A stretch of DNA of 64,000 bases from Patescibacteria group bacterium UBA2105 (GTDB lineage: Bacteria > Patescibacteriota > Minisyncoccia > Phycocordibacterales > UBA2100): assembly GCA_002331495.1 (NCBI GenBank), contig DCYR01000007.1, positions 29,689-93,688 of the forward strand, given 5' to 3'. The notes beneath the pieces are model-generated. The model was not told where the DNA came from. It was given only the letters and a program-made list of their open reading frames with translations, and searched no databases. Each line of letters opens with the position of its first letter. The stretch's first letter is position 1. A program made the position numbers and the translations under genes. Of this stretch, positions 1 through 9,781 are shown piece after piece.

Positions 1-717
1 TCCTATTTCTTCGTGGTGGATGGTTATGTCGGAAAAATTTGAGCTTTGCTGTACGCCGAGTGTCCCTCGTTTTACAAGTTCGAGCAAAGCCAAGAAACTA
101 ACTATGGCTTCAACTCTGCTTGCGCCTTCTGTGGCCTTCCGGAACGAGTCCTTGAGTGCCGAGCGTATGCGCTTTGTTAGGTTTTCAATAACATCGTCGA
201 GCTTTATCTCTTTTGCTATACTGGTAGACGGAACCCTCTTAAATGAAGGGATCTCGGCGGCCAAGGTTCGTATTGTGAAAGCAAGGTTGTCAATGGTTAT
301 GTCCGTGGCAGGAGCAAATACAATCTCCCTCTCCGGCATATGCATAGGTAAAAAGCTTTGCTTCTTCCATTGTAGGCGAAGCAATCGAGTTCTGCGACGG
401 ACTTCTGCATACAGCCGAAGGCGCTCTTCTAGATCGTTGATGTCAGATTCCTCCTCTTGTGTCAGCTTTATTGTCGGCAGCAGCGATCGTGATTTTATTA
501 GTAGGAGCGTTGAAGCTACTACAACAAATTGTGCCGTCTCCGAGAGAGGGATGCGCGTTCTATCTTTTATATAGCCAATATAGTCGTCCGAGACTTGTGC
601 TAGAGAGACATCACTAACATGCAGCTTTCGTTGCTCGATAAGGTCCAAAAGAAGCCCGAGAGGGCCTCTAAAACCGTCTATTTCAAGCGTAAATCCGGAA
701 TTCGACATTCCCCACAT
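1..717 (-). CDS. scpA: Segregation and condensation protein A (ScpA), N-terminal ~239 aa; gene continues beyond window start
   Basis: Manual minus-strand translation from ATG at 715-717: MWGMSNSGFTLEIDGFRGPLGLLLDLIEQRKLHVSDVSLAQVSDDYIGYI..., matching the ScpA N-terminal signature (FEGPLDLLL...I.Y). Not in the ORF track because it is open at the window edge. Confidence 0.6.
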   Translation of the reverse strand, partial: MWGMSNSGFTLEIDGFRGPLGLLLDLIEQRKLHVSDVSLAQVSDDYIGYIKDRTRIPLSETAQFVVVASTLLLIKSRSLLPTIKLTQEEESDINDLEERLRLYAEVRRRTRLLRLQWKKQSFLPMHMPEREIVFAPATDITIDNLAFTIRTLAAEIPSFKRVPSTSIAKEIKLDDVIENLTKRIRSALKDSFRKATEGASRVEAIVSFLALLELVKRGTLGVQQSSNFSDITIHHEEIG

Positions 718-756
718 TATACAATGTATTCGGCGTTATTTTGCTGTGTATAAGGA

Positions 757-1995
757 TTAATCCAGAAGAAATTGCCCGTTGTCGTATACCACCCGAGTTT
801 TCCCATCCTTCAAATGTGCCGTCACTTTGCGGCGAGTTGTTGAGATTATGTCGGTGTGCACAGTGGAGTCGTTGTAGCCCAGTTTGTCTGCGAACTTCTT
901 GTTGCTAAGTTTCGTTATATCTCCTGTATAAGTATCGTGGTATGACATACCCAAGGCAATATGTGTATTTCCCTGTGGGCCACCCATATTCTCGTCATAG
1001 AGAGTCTCGGCCATTGGCTTGGTGATACGAGAGAATCGTTTGTCGGTGAGCGAGAACTCCCCCACCTTATCTGCATTTTCGGTTTTTATCATTTCCTTAA
1101 GAAGTTTTTCACCTTTTGTTGCCTTGCTCTTCACAACTTTTCCGTTCTTAAACCACAACTCGATTCCTTCAAGGACATTACCGTATCGGTACAGTGGTTG
1201 ATTGAAACGAATCCAACCTTCCGTTCCGCGCCAGTCAGGTGAGGTAAACACTTCAAAACTTGGGATATTTGCCCCGCGTCCGGAGAGCCACTTGCGCTTC
1301 TCACCAGGGGTAATCCAGAGGTCGACGTCAGGACCCTCAACGTGGAATTTCTCAGTTTTTTCGGTGACTTTCGATATCTTTTTACGGTGGTTCTCAAGGC
1401 CATCTGTGATCTCTTTCCACTTTTTGACAGGGTTTTTCTCGTCGAGGAAGCACGCCTTAATAATTTGGTTCCAGTACGCTTTCTCGCTCATGCCAACAGT
1501 AGCTGCCATCTGTGATGTTCCGTAGAGTGCGAGTGTCCAGGTGAACTTGCCCCGATTCTCCTTATCACGACGCCAATCCATGAACTGCTTCATAGCAAGG
1601 CCACGCCGCATTATTTTCTTGGGGTCGATACCCTTGAGCGCTTCCTTGTTGGTTTCAGCGATTAAGTAAATGGAATGGTCCATCGTATCGATAAGACCTT
1701 TCATATACTTGGTCGGAAAAAAGTCGATTTGATGACCATCGGCTTTAAGGTAGTAGTCACGAGATGGTGAGTACTTCTCGTCGTCGTCAGGGAGATAGTT
1801 GCTCATTACGTGAGCTCCCGCTTCAAGAATCTTACTTTGAACGGCTAAGAACAGAGGCTTGGTTACCTCCCCTCCAGTGAGGCGCACAACTTCGCCTTTC
1901 TTTACTCCCTTGCCGCCATTGAGGGCAAAGTTTACAAGAACATCCGCGTAGCGATCTAAGATTTTTTGTGGTGGTACGTAGGGTTGTTTGCTCAT
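757..1995 (-). CDS. M29-family aminopeptidase (AmpS/PepS-like); likely start at internal Met (MSKQPYVPPQKILDRYADVLVNF...)
   Basis: Length and N-terminal pattern (KILDRYADVLVNFALNGGKGVKKGE) typical of aminopeptidase T/S. The longest ORF (to 2082) would overlap the upstream aspS 3' end. Confidence 0.65.
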   Translation of the reverse strand: MSKQPYVPPQKILDRYADVLVNFALNGGKGVKKGEVVRLTGGEVTKPLFLAVQSKILEAGAHVMSNYLPDDDEKYSPSRDYYLKADGHQIDFFPTKYMKGLIDTMDHSIYLIAETNKEALKGIDPKKIMRRGLAMKQFMDWRRDKENRGKFTWTLALYGTSQMAATVGMSEKAYWNQIIKACFLDEKNPVKKWKEITDGLENHRKKISKVTEKTEKFHVEGPDVDLWITPGEKRKWLSGRGANIPSFEVFTSPDWRGTEGWIRFNQPLYRYGNVLEGIELWFKNGKVVKSKATKGEKLLKEMIKTENADKVGEFSLTDKRFSRITKPMAETLYDENMGGPQGNTHIALGMSYHDTYTGDITKLSNKKFADKLGYNDSTVHTDIISTTRRKVTAHLKDGKTRVVYDNGQFLLD

Positions 1996-2056
1996 GGTTT
2001 CTATCAGTAGTCGTGCGTTAGCGCGACCTCTTTTTATATCATTTAGTAAGTTATGC

Positions 2057-3388
2057 TTACTCTTCCGAGAGACGAGAGTCAATACGGTTCATGTCTCGCG
2101 GGAACGGAACCGCTTCTTTCACGTTCGCAATGTTAAGCACACGAGCCGTAAAGCGCTCAAGTCCGGTTGAGCACCCACCGTGCGGGGGCACACCATACTT
2201 GTGCATCTGTAAGTAGAAAGAAAATTTCTCCGGATCCATTCCGCGCTCCTTGATTGTTTCCACCATTTGGTCGTAGTCGTGAAAGCGCTGGCTGCCGCTG
2301 TTGATCTCAAGTCCTCGGAAAAGTAGATCAAAGCTGTATGAGCGCTCTGGGTTGTTCGGGTCAGGGTATGTGTAGAAGGCGCGTTTTGCTGTTGGAAACT
2401 CTGTAATGAACACGAAGTCACTTCCCTTCTCCTTCTTTGCCCACTCACAAATCTGTCGTTCATGTTCTGGCTCAAGATCTGGCTCACCTACCGCCTTGCC
2501 GCCGAACTCTTTCTCGATTATCTCCTGTGCCTCAAGAAGTGTGAGTACAGGAAACGCTTCGTTCGGAAGCAGTGGTGCTTCCGTGTCGAAGCGTGCAAAT
2601 ACGTCTGGGTGCTTCTCTACAACGGCTGCGCACACGTCACGAATTACTGCCTCGAGCATTTCCATAACATCGAGATGGTCTTCAATGAAGCCCATCTCAA
2701 AATCCATCTGGGTCACTTCTGAGAGGTGGCGTGTCGTTGCCGATTTTTCAGCGCGGAATATTTTCGCAATGGTAAATGCGCGTTCGTACACACCTGTCAT
2801 AATTTCCTTATACAGCTGTGGGCTTGTAGCGAGAAATGCGGTGCGGTCGTGAAAGTACTCTACTTTGAATACCTCGGCTCCTCCCTCGGCATCTCCACCT
2901 GTAAGTGCTGGTGCCTGGAATTCGGTGAACTCGCGAGTGATAAGTGCCCAACGATACGCCTGCACTATGGTTGCCGCGACGCTAAAAATATCACGCCCGC
3001 GCTGCGTTCGTAGGGTGAGTGGTCGATAGTCTAAGAGAGTATCTAGATTTAGCTCCGCGTCTAAATCGAACGGAAGCTCAGCTGCAGGAGCCAATACGGT
3101 AAGTTCTTCAATTACGAGCTCAATGTCGCCATTTTGCTCGTCTTTTTTCATATTGTCGGGACGCTCGTTCACTGTACCTTGTGCGCTTACTACCCACTGC
3201 TCGCGAAGTGGTTGGGCTGTCTCAAAAGCTTCCACACCACTTTTTACTACTGCCTGTGCTACGCCGCTGCGGTCGCGTAGCACCAGGAACATGAGCTTCC
3301 CGTGATCGCGGCGGACATCTACCCATCCGGCAATGTGCACTTTTTCGCCCTTCTTATCGCTAAGTTGTCCAATAGTCGTTCTCTCCAT
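2057..3388 (-). CDS. aspS: Class II aspartyl/asparaginyl-tRNA synthetase (archaeal-type AspRS or AsnRS, 443 aa)
   Basis: N-terminal OB anticodon-binding fold followed by class II motifs (FRAEKSATTRHLSE..., GGCSTGLERF). Asp versus Asn specificity cannot be decided by eye. Confidence 0.7.
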   Translation of the reverse strand: MERTTIGQLSDKKGEKVHIAGWVDVRRDHGKLMFLVLRDRSGVAQAVVKSGVEAFETAQPLREQWVVSAQGTVNERPDNMKKDEQNGDIELVIEELTVLAPAAELPFDLDAELNLDTLLDYRPLTLRTQRGRDIFSVAATIVQAYRWALITREFTEFQAPALTGGDAEGGAEVFKVEYFHDRTAFLATSPQLYKEIMTGVYERAFTIAKIFRAEKSATTRHLSEVTQMDFEMGFIEDHLDVMEMLEAVIRDVCAAVVEKHPDVFARFDTEAPLLPNEAFPVLTLLEAQEIIEKEFGGKAVGEPDLEPEHERQICEWAKKEKGSDFVFITEFPTAKRAFYTYPDPNNPERSYSFDLLFRGLEINSGSQRFHDYDQMVETIKERGMDPEKFSFYLQMHKYGVPPHGGCSTGLERFTARVLNIANVKEAVPFPRDMNRIDSRLSEE

Positions 3389-3395
3389 ACCCTAT

Positions 3396-4346
3396 CTATA
3401 GTGTTACTCCAACTTTCTGGCGTACGTCAATCATTTTTGCGGCCGCCTGCTCGTGAGCCCTTACTGCTCCTTGCGCTACAACATTCTTAATCTCCCCGTC
3501 AGTTATGCTTTCGTAACGCTCCCTCATCGGTGCAACGGACGCCTCGATATCTTCTATTAAGGCCTCCTTTAGCTCCTTGTAGCTTCCCTCCTTTTCAGAG
3601 TACAAAGCTTCGAGCTCACCTTCAGACTTGAATAGCTTGTGAATGGCGTAGACGTTCTCTGGGCGACCTCCTTCGGAGTCTGTGACGATACCCATTACCG
3701 CCTTACCAATTTCTTCTTTTGTGCCAAACAATGGGATTGTGTTGTTGTAGCTCTTGCTCATTTTCTGCCCGTCAGTTCCTGGTACTGTCGCGACACCTTC
3801 AAGAATAATGTGTTCAGGAACCGCAAATGTGTCGCCATAGAGATTGTTGAATTTCTCCGCAGTGTCACGTGCGTACTCGACGTGCTGCTGTTGGTCTTTG
3901 CCAACGGGTACGACGTCTGGATCGTACAGCAAAATGTCAGCCGCCATGAGCATCGGATAGTTGAACGTACCGACACTGATTTCCTTGTTCTTGGCCTCGG
4001 CGTCTTTGAATGCGTGCGCGCGCATCAAGTACGGCATTGTGGTCAGGCATTCAAAGATCCATGCAAGCTCGGTGTGCTCATGAACTGCTGACTGTTGGAA
4101 GAGAGTGGTTTTGTTTGGATCAATGCCGGCTGCAAGATACGTGCGCACCACATCTTTGATGGAGTTACGGACTTCTTCCGGGTTTTGTTGTGAGTGGGCT
4201 GTGGTGAGTGCGTGGTAGTCAGCAACAAACACGAAACTCTCGTACTCATCTTGGAGGTCAACAAATTGCTTTATAGCACCGAAATAGTTTCCTATGTGAG
4301 GCCGTCCTGTTGGTTTTACGCCCGAGAGAAGTCGCTTTTTTTGCAT
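3396..4346 (-). CDS. trpS: Tryptophanyl-tRNA synthetase
   Basis: GRPHIGNYFG (HIGH-type) and KMSKS motifs; 316 aa. Confidence 0.9.
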   Translation of the reverse strand: MQKKRLLSGVKPTGRPHIGNYFGAIKQFVDLQDEYESFVFVADYHALTTAHSQQNPEEVRNSIKDVVRTYLAAGIDPNKTTLFQQSAVHEHTELAWIFECLTTMPYLMRAHAFKDAEAKNKEISVGTFNYPMLMAADILLYDPDVVPVGKDQQQHVEYARDTAEKFNNLYGDTFAVPEHIILEGVATVPGTDGQKMSKSYNNTIPLFGTKEEIGKAVMGIVTDSEGGRPENVYAIHKLFKSEGELEALYSEKEGSYKELKEALIEDIEASVAPMRERYESITDGEIKNVVAQGAVRAHEQAAAKMIDVRQKVGVTL

Positions 4347-4395
4347 ATAACAGGCTCAATAGTAGCAACAAACCGCTAGCTTGAAAAGCATTATT

Positions 4396-6039
4396 TTACT
4401 TGACCTTTGCGGGTTCATGCGCGAACCGCGAAACCAAGGGTAGCTCCACTATGAAGGTTGACCCACGACCAACTCCCTGTGATTCTGCCCAGATTTTACC
4501 GTTGTGAGCCTCAACCATTTGGCGGGCGACATATAAACCAAGGCCGGTGCCATTCACATTTACTCCTGATGCACCCTCAGCGCGAACAAATTTCTCAAAA
4601 AGTTTGGAGATCTCCTTCGGGTCGATACCTATGCCACTATCGGATACCACGATGCGTATTGTATTGCCCCCCTCCCCTGGTTCGATGTGTACTTTAACCC
4701 AACCATGCTCGGTGTACTTAATAGCGTTGTCTATCAGATTAAAGAAAATATGACGAATCTTTGCATAGTCAGCGTGCACTGTACACTTTTTTTTCAAATG
4801 ATTGGCAAATGAAAGTTTCAAATGTCGTTCTTTTGAAACAGGCTGGAGCTCTTGTACAACCTCGGACACAAGTTCATCGCATTCCAAGTCTTTCATGTCG
4901 TAATCCATACGGCCTTGTTCGATACGAGATACATCAAGAAAATCGTTGATAGTTTGCGCGAGCATACCACTTGAGGCAAAGATTTGTTTTAGAATGACCA
5001 TAGCTCGATCAGGTATGCGCCCGTACGAACCGTCGACAATCAGCGAGAGGTGTCCGCGAATACCCGCGAGAGGGCCGCGAAGTTGATGAGTCGCGATTGA
5101 TAGAAACTCCGATTTTTGCTGGTCTAATTCTCGAAGCTTTACATTTGCCTTTTGCAACTTGTCTGTAATTTCTTGGAGACTCTTTCTTGTGTGTACTTCG
5201 TTATAGACACTTTGCAGTAAAAGATAGCTTGCAATTGAAATTAGAACAAAAAAAGCAATCTGCACTACTAAATTCACAAAAGATGAGGAGGTGAAAATTT
5301 GTATAAAGACCCCTGTGACAATGAAAAGAACCAAAAGCTCGGTCGCAATTGTTTTTAATGTAAACAATCTGTACCTAATTATTGAATATCCAAGCAGCGG
5401 AGGAAACATAATAATGGCGAAATTTCCGTAAGGAAGTATGGGTATATCGAACCAAAGATAGAAATTAATAGCTCCTCCGCCAAAGCCCAGCAAAGTTCCT
5501 GCTAACATTGAAGTAAGCTGACCCCTTCGCATCTCAGCCTTGACCAAAAAAAGCCTATAGGCTATTCGGAAAAGCGCTAGCGACACTGGAAGGACGTACC
5601 CCAGTATTATATGTGTTAGATATAGTGGTCCAGCTGTTGGCCAAAACGGGAAGATGATTTTCTCGCTTATTGCCCCGATTAATAGACTTGGATAAAATAC
5701 AAGTATAGATATGAATCCGAGTATGACTCCGTACGTACCTCCCAAAACAATACTCCAAAAGAATCCTGCGGCTCGAGTTACGACTAAAACCCAGTGAGTA
5801 AAGAACATTACGCTTAACAAGGATCCAGCAGTAAGAATGGAAATCCATATATACGCTTGCTCAACATTCGTTGAATTGGTCAACCAGAACCAATAAGATA
5901 CTCCCCACACGCTTATTGCAAGCGACATCAAAAAATATAGTCGGTTGCTTAGTTCACTGGAATCCTTAAGTATGACAAGACCTCCAAAAATCAAGGACAC
6001 TACCCCGGCTGCTAAGGCTGAAAGAGCAAAAAGTTCCAT
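4396..6039 (-). CDS. Sensor histidine kinase with polytopic N-terminal membrane domain (HisKA + HATPase_c)
   Basis: About 9 hydrophobic helices, then the H-box (SIATHQLRGPL) and N/G boxes (NLIDNAIKYT, GTGLGL). No response regulator gene nearby. Confidence 0.8.
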   Translation of the reverse strand: MELFALSALAAGVVSLIFGGLVILKDSSELSNRLYFLMSLAISVWGVSYWFWLTNSTNVEQAYIWISILTAGSLLSVMFFTHWVLVVTRAAGFFWSIVLGGTYGVILGFISILVFYPSLLIGAISEKIIFPFWPTAGPLYLTHIILGYVLPVSLALFRIAYRLFLVKAEMRRGQLTSMLAGTLLGFGGGAINFYLWFDIPILPYGNFAIIMFPPLLGYSIIRYRLFTLKTIATELLVLFIVTGVFIQIFTSSSFVNLVVQIAFFVLISIASYLLLQSVYNEVHTRKSLQEITDKLQKANVKLRELDQQKSEFLSIATHQLRGPLAGIRGHLSLIVDGSYGRIPDRAMVILKQIFASSGMLAQTINDFLDVSRIEQGRMDYDMKDLECDELVSEVVQELQPVSKERHLKLSFANHLKKKCTVHADYAKIRHIFFNLIDNAIKYTEHGWVKVHIEPGEGGNTIRIVVSDSGIGIDPKEISKLFEKFVRAEGASGVNVNGTGLGLYVARQMVEAHNGKIWAESQGVGRGSTFIVELPLVSRFAHEPAKVK

Positions 6040-6045
6040 ACTACT

Positions 6046-6993
6046 TTAGGATACAATATTACGTGCACACGTCACAGAGTGAATTTTGAGAGGTTCATAG
6101 AATGCAAAAATCGAATCCTTCTTAAATCCGGCCCTGATTAGTAAGGAAACTAGCTTCTCAGCATCACGATAAATCATCTTCCAACCTATGAAATTTGTCA
6201 CAAATTTACGCTCTCTATTGTCGCTTATATTTGCACAGATAAACACCCCTTCTGGTTTCAAAGAAGAGAGAATACTCCTAAAGGTATTAATTGCCTTATG
6301 GTCATCGAAGTAGTCAAGAAGTCCAACCATTTCCACTATATCAAAATGCTTCTCCCCTGCATTTTCTGCTAGGTAGTTGCCGACAGTAGCGGTAACCCAA
6401 GATATGTTGATTTCTTTGTGAGGAAGGAGCCCAAGTTCTTGGGCCAAGTGTTTACTGTATTGAGTTGCGTAAGGATTCTTGTCTAAAAAGGTTACTCTTA
6501 ATTGTCTACCGGGGCATTTCTCGATGGTGTTTGCTATTGCCTCCAGAACGGCACGGGCAGATCCAGAGGCAATACTAAGTACGTAAACAACCTCCTTTTT
6601 TTCGAATTGAATTGCCAATTCAGCCTGAACCTCCCTCTTTACAATCTTCAGTCGATTCCTTACTGCCATGGAGTTGTCAAGCCCAAACCATACCCACAAA
6701 GCAATTCTTTCCAACAGGTTTCTGGAAGAAAAGGTTGTGCCGTGGCTGTACAATACTTCAAGAGCAACATGTTCAGTTTTGTGCTCGATGACCTTTTTTG
6801 CAGAACGATGGGATTTCGCAAATACGGAAAGTGTCACGGGAGGTAGATTGTTTAGTACTGGGACTAAAAGAAAATTAAAAATTCTTCTAAAAGTGTTCGG
6901 GACTTCAAACCTGGTGACGTGAGTAGATCTCTCCACTACTATCCTACTAGTACTTGACTTAGTCTTAGTGGTCATTGTCAAATAGCCTAACAA
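6046..6993 (-). CDS. Class I SAM-dependent methyltransferase-like protein
   Basis: The C-terminal half shows a Rossmann-like methyltransferase pattern (VLSIASGSARAVLE ... DIVEMVGLLDYF). The N-terminal part is unrecognised. Confidence 0.5.
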   Translation of the reverse strand: MLGYLTMTTKTKSSTSRIVVERSTHVTRFEVPNTFRRIFNFLLVPVLNNLPPVTLSVFAKSHRSAKKVIEHKTEHVALEVLYSHGTTFSSRNLLERIALWVWFGLDNSMAVRNRLKIVKREVQAELAIQFEKKEVVYVLSIASGSARAVLEAIANTIEKCPGRQLRVTFLDKNPYATQYSKHLAQELGLLPHKEINISWVTATVGNYLAENAGEKHFDIVEMVGLLDYFDDHKAINTFRSILSSLKPEGVFICANISDNRERKFVTNFIGWKMIYRDAEKLVSLLIRAGFKKDSIFAFYEPLKIHSVTCARNIVS

Positions 6994-7792
6994 TCTGTGG
7001 TGCGCTTTGCTCCGAGTTCAAAAATATACCATCATGACTACCTTCTAGAACGTGGACGGGACATATGTCTGCCACCCGCAATTTGATATCTTTTAATGGG
7101 AAAACTCGATCCGTTGCACTGCACATTATGTGTACAGAAATACCATATTTCGCAACTTTGTGTATCAGAGGGAGTATGTCAGTGTTAAAAAGACCAAGTG
7201 CGTCACGAATCAATTGTATTGGATTTAAGCCAATGTACCATCCTACAGCGGCAAAATATTTTTTCCCGCGACGATCTTTAGTCTTAATCACTTCAGCCAA
7301 TTGTAGAAAAAATGATCTTAGAAAACCTGCGCTCAAACGCAAGAATCGCAAGTTAATAATTCCAGCAGGAGCCACCAAAATAATAGCTCGAACTTTTTTA
7401 TGAATAGGTTCGGCAGCAAGAATTCCTGTTACCGCTCCTTGAGAGTGAGCAACTATATAGACGTTTTCCGTGAGGGAATCGATGAACTCCGCAACTGCAC
7501 ACGCGCGAGCTCGTTCGGTAATGGGAAATGATGCATCTACTCCGCATGTTGCGGCTCGTTTTAGGTCACCCAAACCTCCATAGTCAATTATGGATGCGGC
7601 GTAGTTCTGTTCAGAAAATTCTCGTGCTAAATCCTTGGCTACTTCAGCTGGTTCTCCCCACCCAGGAATTATTATTATATGCCCCGCTACATTGTTACCG
7701 TGGGTTGGTCCAACCGTTGTGTAGACTGTAACTTCGCCATTAGATACTGTTGTATATTCGAAGTTACTTTCAGTCATATGAGAATCAAACAT
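6965..7792 (-). CDS. Alpha/beta-fold hydrolase (esterase/lipase-like)
   Basis: Nucleophile elbow VAHSQGA (GxSxG-type) and an oxyanion-region pattern (HIIIIPGWGE). Confidence 0.6.
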   Translation of the reverse strand: MFDSHMTESNFEYTTVSNGEVTVYTTVGPTHGNNVAGHIIIIPGWGEPAEVAKDLAREFSEQNYAASIIDYGGLGDLKRAATCGVDASFPITERARACAVAEFIDSLTENVYIVAHSQGAVTGILAAEPIHKKVRAIILVAPAGIINLRFLRLSAGFLRSFFLQLAEVIKTKDRRGKKYFAAVGWYIGLNPIQLIRDALGLFNTDILPLIHKVAKYGISVHIMCSATDRVFPLKDIKLRVADICPVHVLEGSHDGIFLNSEQSAPQIVRLFDNDH

Positions 7793-7855
7793 TTCTTACA
7801 TTATACTACACAGTAACAATCCTTTCTGGGCCCTACTTCTCACGAATATCATGAG

Positions 7856-8635
7856 CTACAGGAAAACCTCTTCAGATCTGAGGTGTCCAGCTCGCATCTG
7901 GTCAATGGTTTTCATGATTTCTTTAGCTGCCGTTTGGTACCGTTCTGGGATGGGAAGCGAAGTGTCAACAATATCATGATGGGTTAGGGGTGTGCCGTAT
8001 GATATGCGGAGCCTCCGCCTTCGTTTAAGAAAATCACCCACACTCATACCAGAAGCACCAGATACAGCAACGGGCACCACAATCGCCCCTGTTGCCTCAC
8101 TAAGGTATCCAACCCCGCCATGAGCGCGTTCTCCACTTGCGCCCTTTCTTATCTTGCCTTCGGGGAAGATGCAAACACTCTTTCCCATTTTCAGAATTCT
8201 CTCATGATATGAAAGAGCCTTACTGTAATCGTTTTGTCCTGCTATGTATTGATGAGCACCCCACGACACTAAGAATGCGGGAAGGCCATAGATATGTCGA
8301 CGCCAACCAAAAGCAGTTTCTTTTTGATATCGCGATCGACCGTGCGTGACGTAAAACATTGGAAATAACGGGGAAAGTGGAGAAATGGCGACAAGGGGAA
8401 ACAAAATATCAAGCTCGCTAGTGTGATTGAGTGCGAAAACAACGCCCACCCCACGTTCCTTTGAATTTCGAATAGCCGTAGTCAGGTTTTCTCTCCCAGA
8501 TATTTTGAGCCGAGTAAAAAAATCTAGTGCAAAACGACCAAATGGCCATGCCACCCCCTGTAGGATAAACGGAGCCCAAAAATGCAGTTGACGTACTGTC
8601 GGTAGGTTCACAGATTTGCAAGTTTGTTCATTCAT
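7856..8635 (-). CDS. Lysophospholipid (1-acyl-glycerol-3-phosphate) acyltransferase, PlsC-like
   Basis: HX4D motif (NHTSELD) and FPEG motif (CIFPEGK). Confidence 0.7.
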   Translation of the reverse strand: MNEQTCKSVNLPTVRQLHFWAPFILQGVAWPFGRFALDFFTRLKISGRENLTTAIRNSKERGVGVVFALNHTSELDILFPLVAISPLSPLFPMFYVTHGRSRYQKETAFGWRRHIYGLPAFLVSWGAHQYIAGQNDYSKALSYHERILKMGKSVCIFPEGKIRKGASGERAHGGVGYLSEATGAIVVPVAVSGASGMSVGDFLKRRRRLRISYGTPLTHHDIVDTSLPIPERYQTAAKEIMKTIDQMRAGHLRSEEVFL

Positions 8636-8711
8636 ATGTTGATTAGGTCACAAAAAGCGCAAAAGTGCCAGGGACAACGGCCATCAAAGTTAATATCGGA
8701 GTGTAGTTCCG

Positions 8712-9779
8712 CTAAACTCCCTCCTTTCTGAGTTCCTCAACAAGCTTTTGCGCGTTTCTTGAGAGCTTCTTTGGAAGGTCAATACGTACTGTCACCAGTA
8801 AATCTCCGCGAGTTCCGTGTTCGCGCGGGATTCCTTTGCCGGGAACTCTGAGAACTTCGCCGTGCGTGATTCCAGCTGGTATTTTAAGCTCAATGCTTTT
8901 TTCAAGAGTAGGAATAGTGTACGAACCCCCCAAAAGTGCGTCGGTGAGCTTGACGTTTAGATTCAGGCGCAGATTTTTGCCGCTGCGTATAAAATCTTTG
9001 TGGGGACGAACATGGACCTTAACGTATAAGTCGCCACTCTCTCCTCCTCGAACTGCTTCTCCCCTTCCCGGAAGGCGGATCATTTCCCCGTTGTCGATTC
9101 CAGCTGGTATCGAAAGTTTAATTTCTTCTTGTTGGCGATAAACTCCTTGCCCCTTACACCCTTCGCAGGGAGTTTTGGGAATCTTCCCTATTCCATGACA
9201 TTCTGAACATTCTCTCGTGCTTGTAAATGTACCAAGCATTGAGCGGCGTGTTTCGCGTATGGAACCGTTTCCATTACAGGTTCCACAGGTCTTCATCTCG
9301 CTCTTGTCCTTTGCACCACTCCCGGTGCATGTAGCACAGGCGGCAATCTTGTTTAGTAAGATGGAGCGCTCTACTCCAAAGACTGCATCTTTGAAATCTA
9401 GCTCCACGTCCATCGAAATGTCACGTCCACGGCGTACCCGTGTGCGGTGAGAGCCAAAAACTTCGCTGAATATATCCCCCAGGTCGAATTCAAACCCACC
9501 GCTGTGCCCCTGCTGAAATTGTGAAAAGTCGAATCCGTCAAACCCACCTCGTGGACCACCGCCGGCAAAAGTACGACCATAGGCGTCGTACTCTGCACGT
9601 TTCTTTTTGTCTCCTAGCACCGCGTATGCTTCGCTGGCCTCCTTAAACTTTGCTTCGTCGCCTGTCTTTTTGTCCGGATGGTATTTCTGAGCAAGAGCCC
9701 GAAACGCTTTCTTGATCTCGGATTCAGAGGCGCTCTTTTTAACCCCAAGAATGTCGTAGTAATCTTTCATGCCAAACAA
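8712..9779 (-). CDS. dnaJ: Chaperone DnaJ
   Basis: J domain (YYDILGV...KYHPD), Gly-rich linker, four CxxCxGxG zinc-finger repeats. Confidence 0.9.
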   Translation of the reverse strand: MFGMKDYYDILGVKKSASESEIKKAFRALAQKYHPDKKTGDEAKFKEASEAYAVLGDKKKRAEYDAYGRTFAGGGPRGGFDGFDFSQFQQGHSGGFEFDLGDIFSEVFGSHRTRVRRGRDISMDVELDFKDAVFGVERSILLNKIAACATCTGSGAKDKSEMKTCGTCNGNGSIRETRRSMLGTFTSTRECSECHGIGKIPKTPCEGCKGQGVYRQQEEIKLSIPAGIDNGEMIRLPGRGEAVRGGESGDLYVKVHVRPHKDFIRSGKNLRLNLNVKLTDALLGGSYTIPTLEKSIELKIPAGITHGEVLRVPGKGIPREHGTRGDLLVTVRIDLPKKLSRNAQKLVEELRKEGV

Positions 9780-9781
9780 GA

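Noticed and set aside
20-574. 184-aa Ser-rich plus-strand ORF
   Set aside because: It is antisense to the clearly recognisable scpA coding sequence on the minus strand. Low-complexity composition typical of out-of-frame translation.
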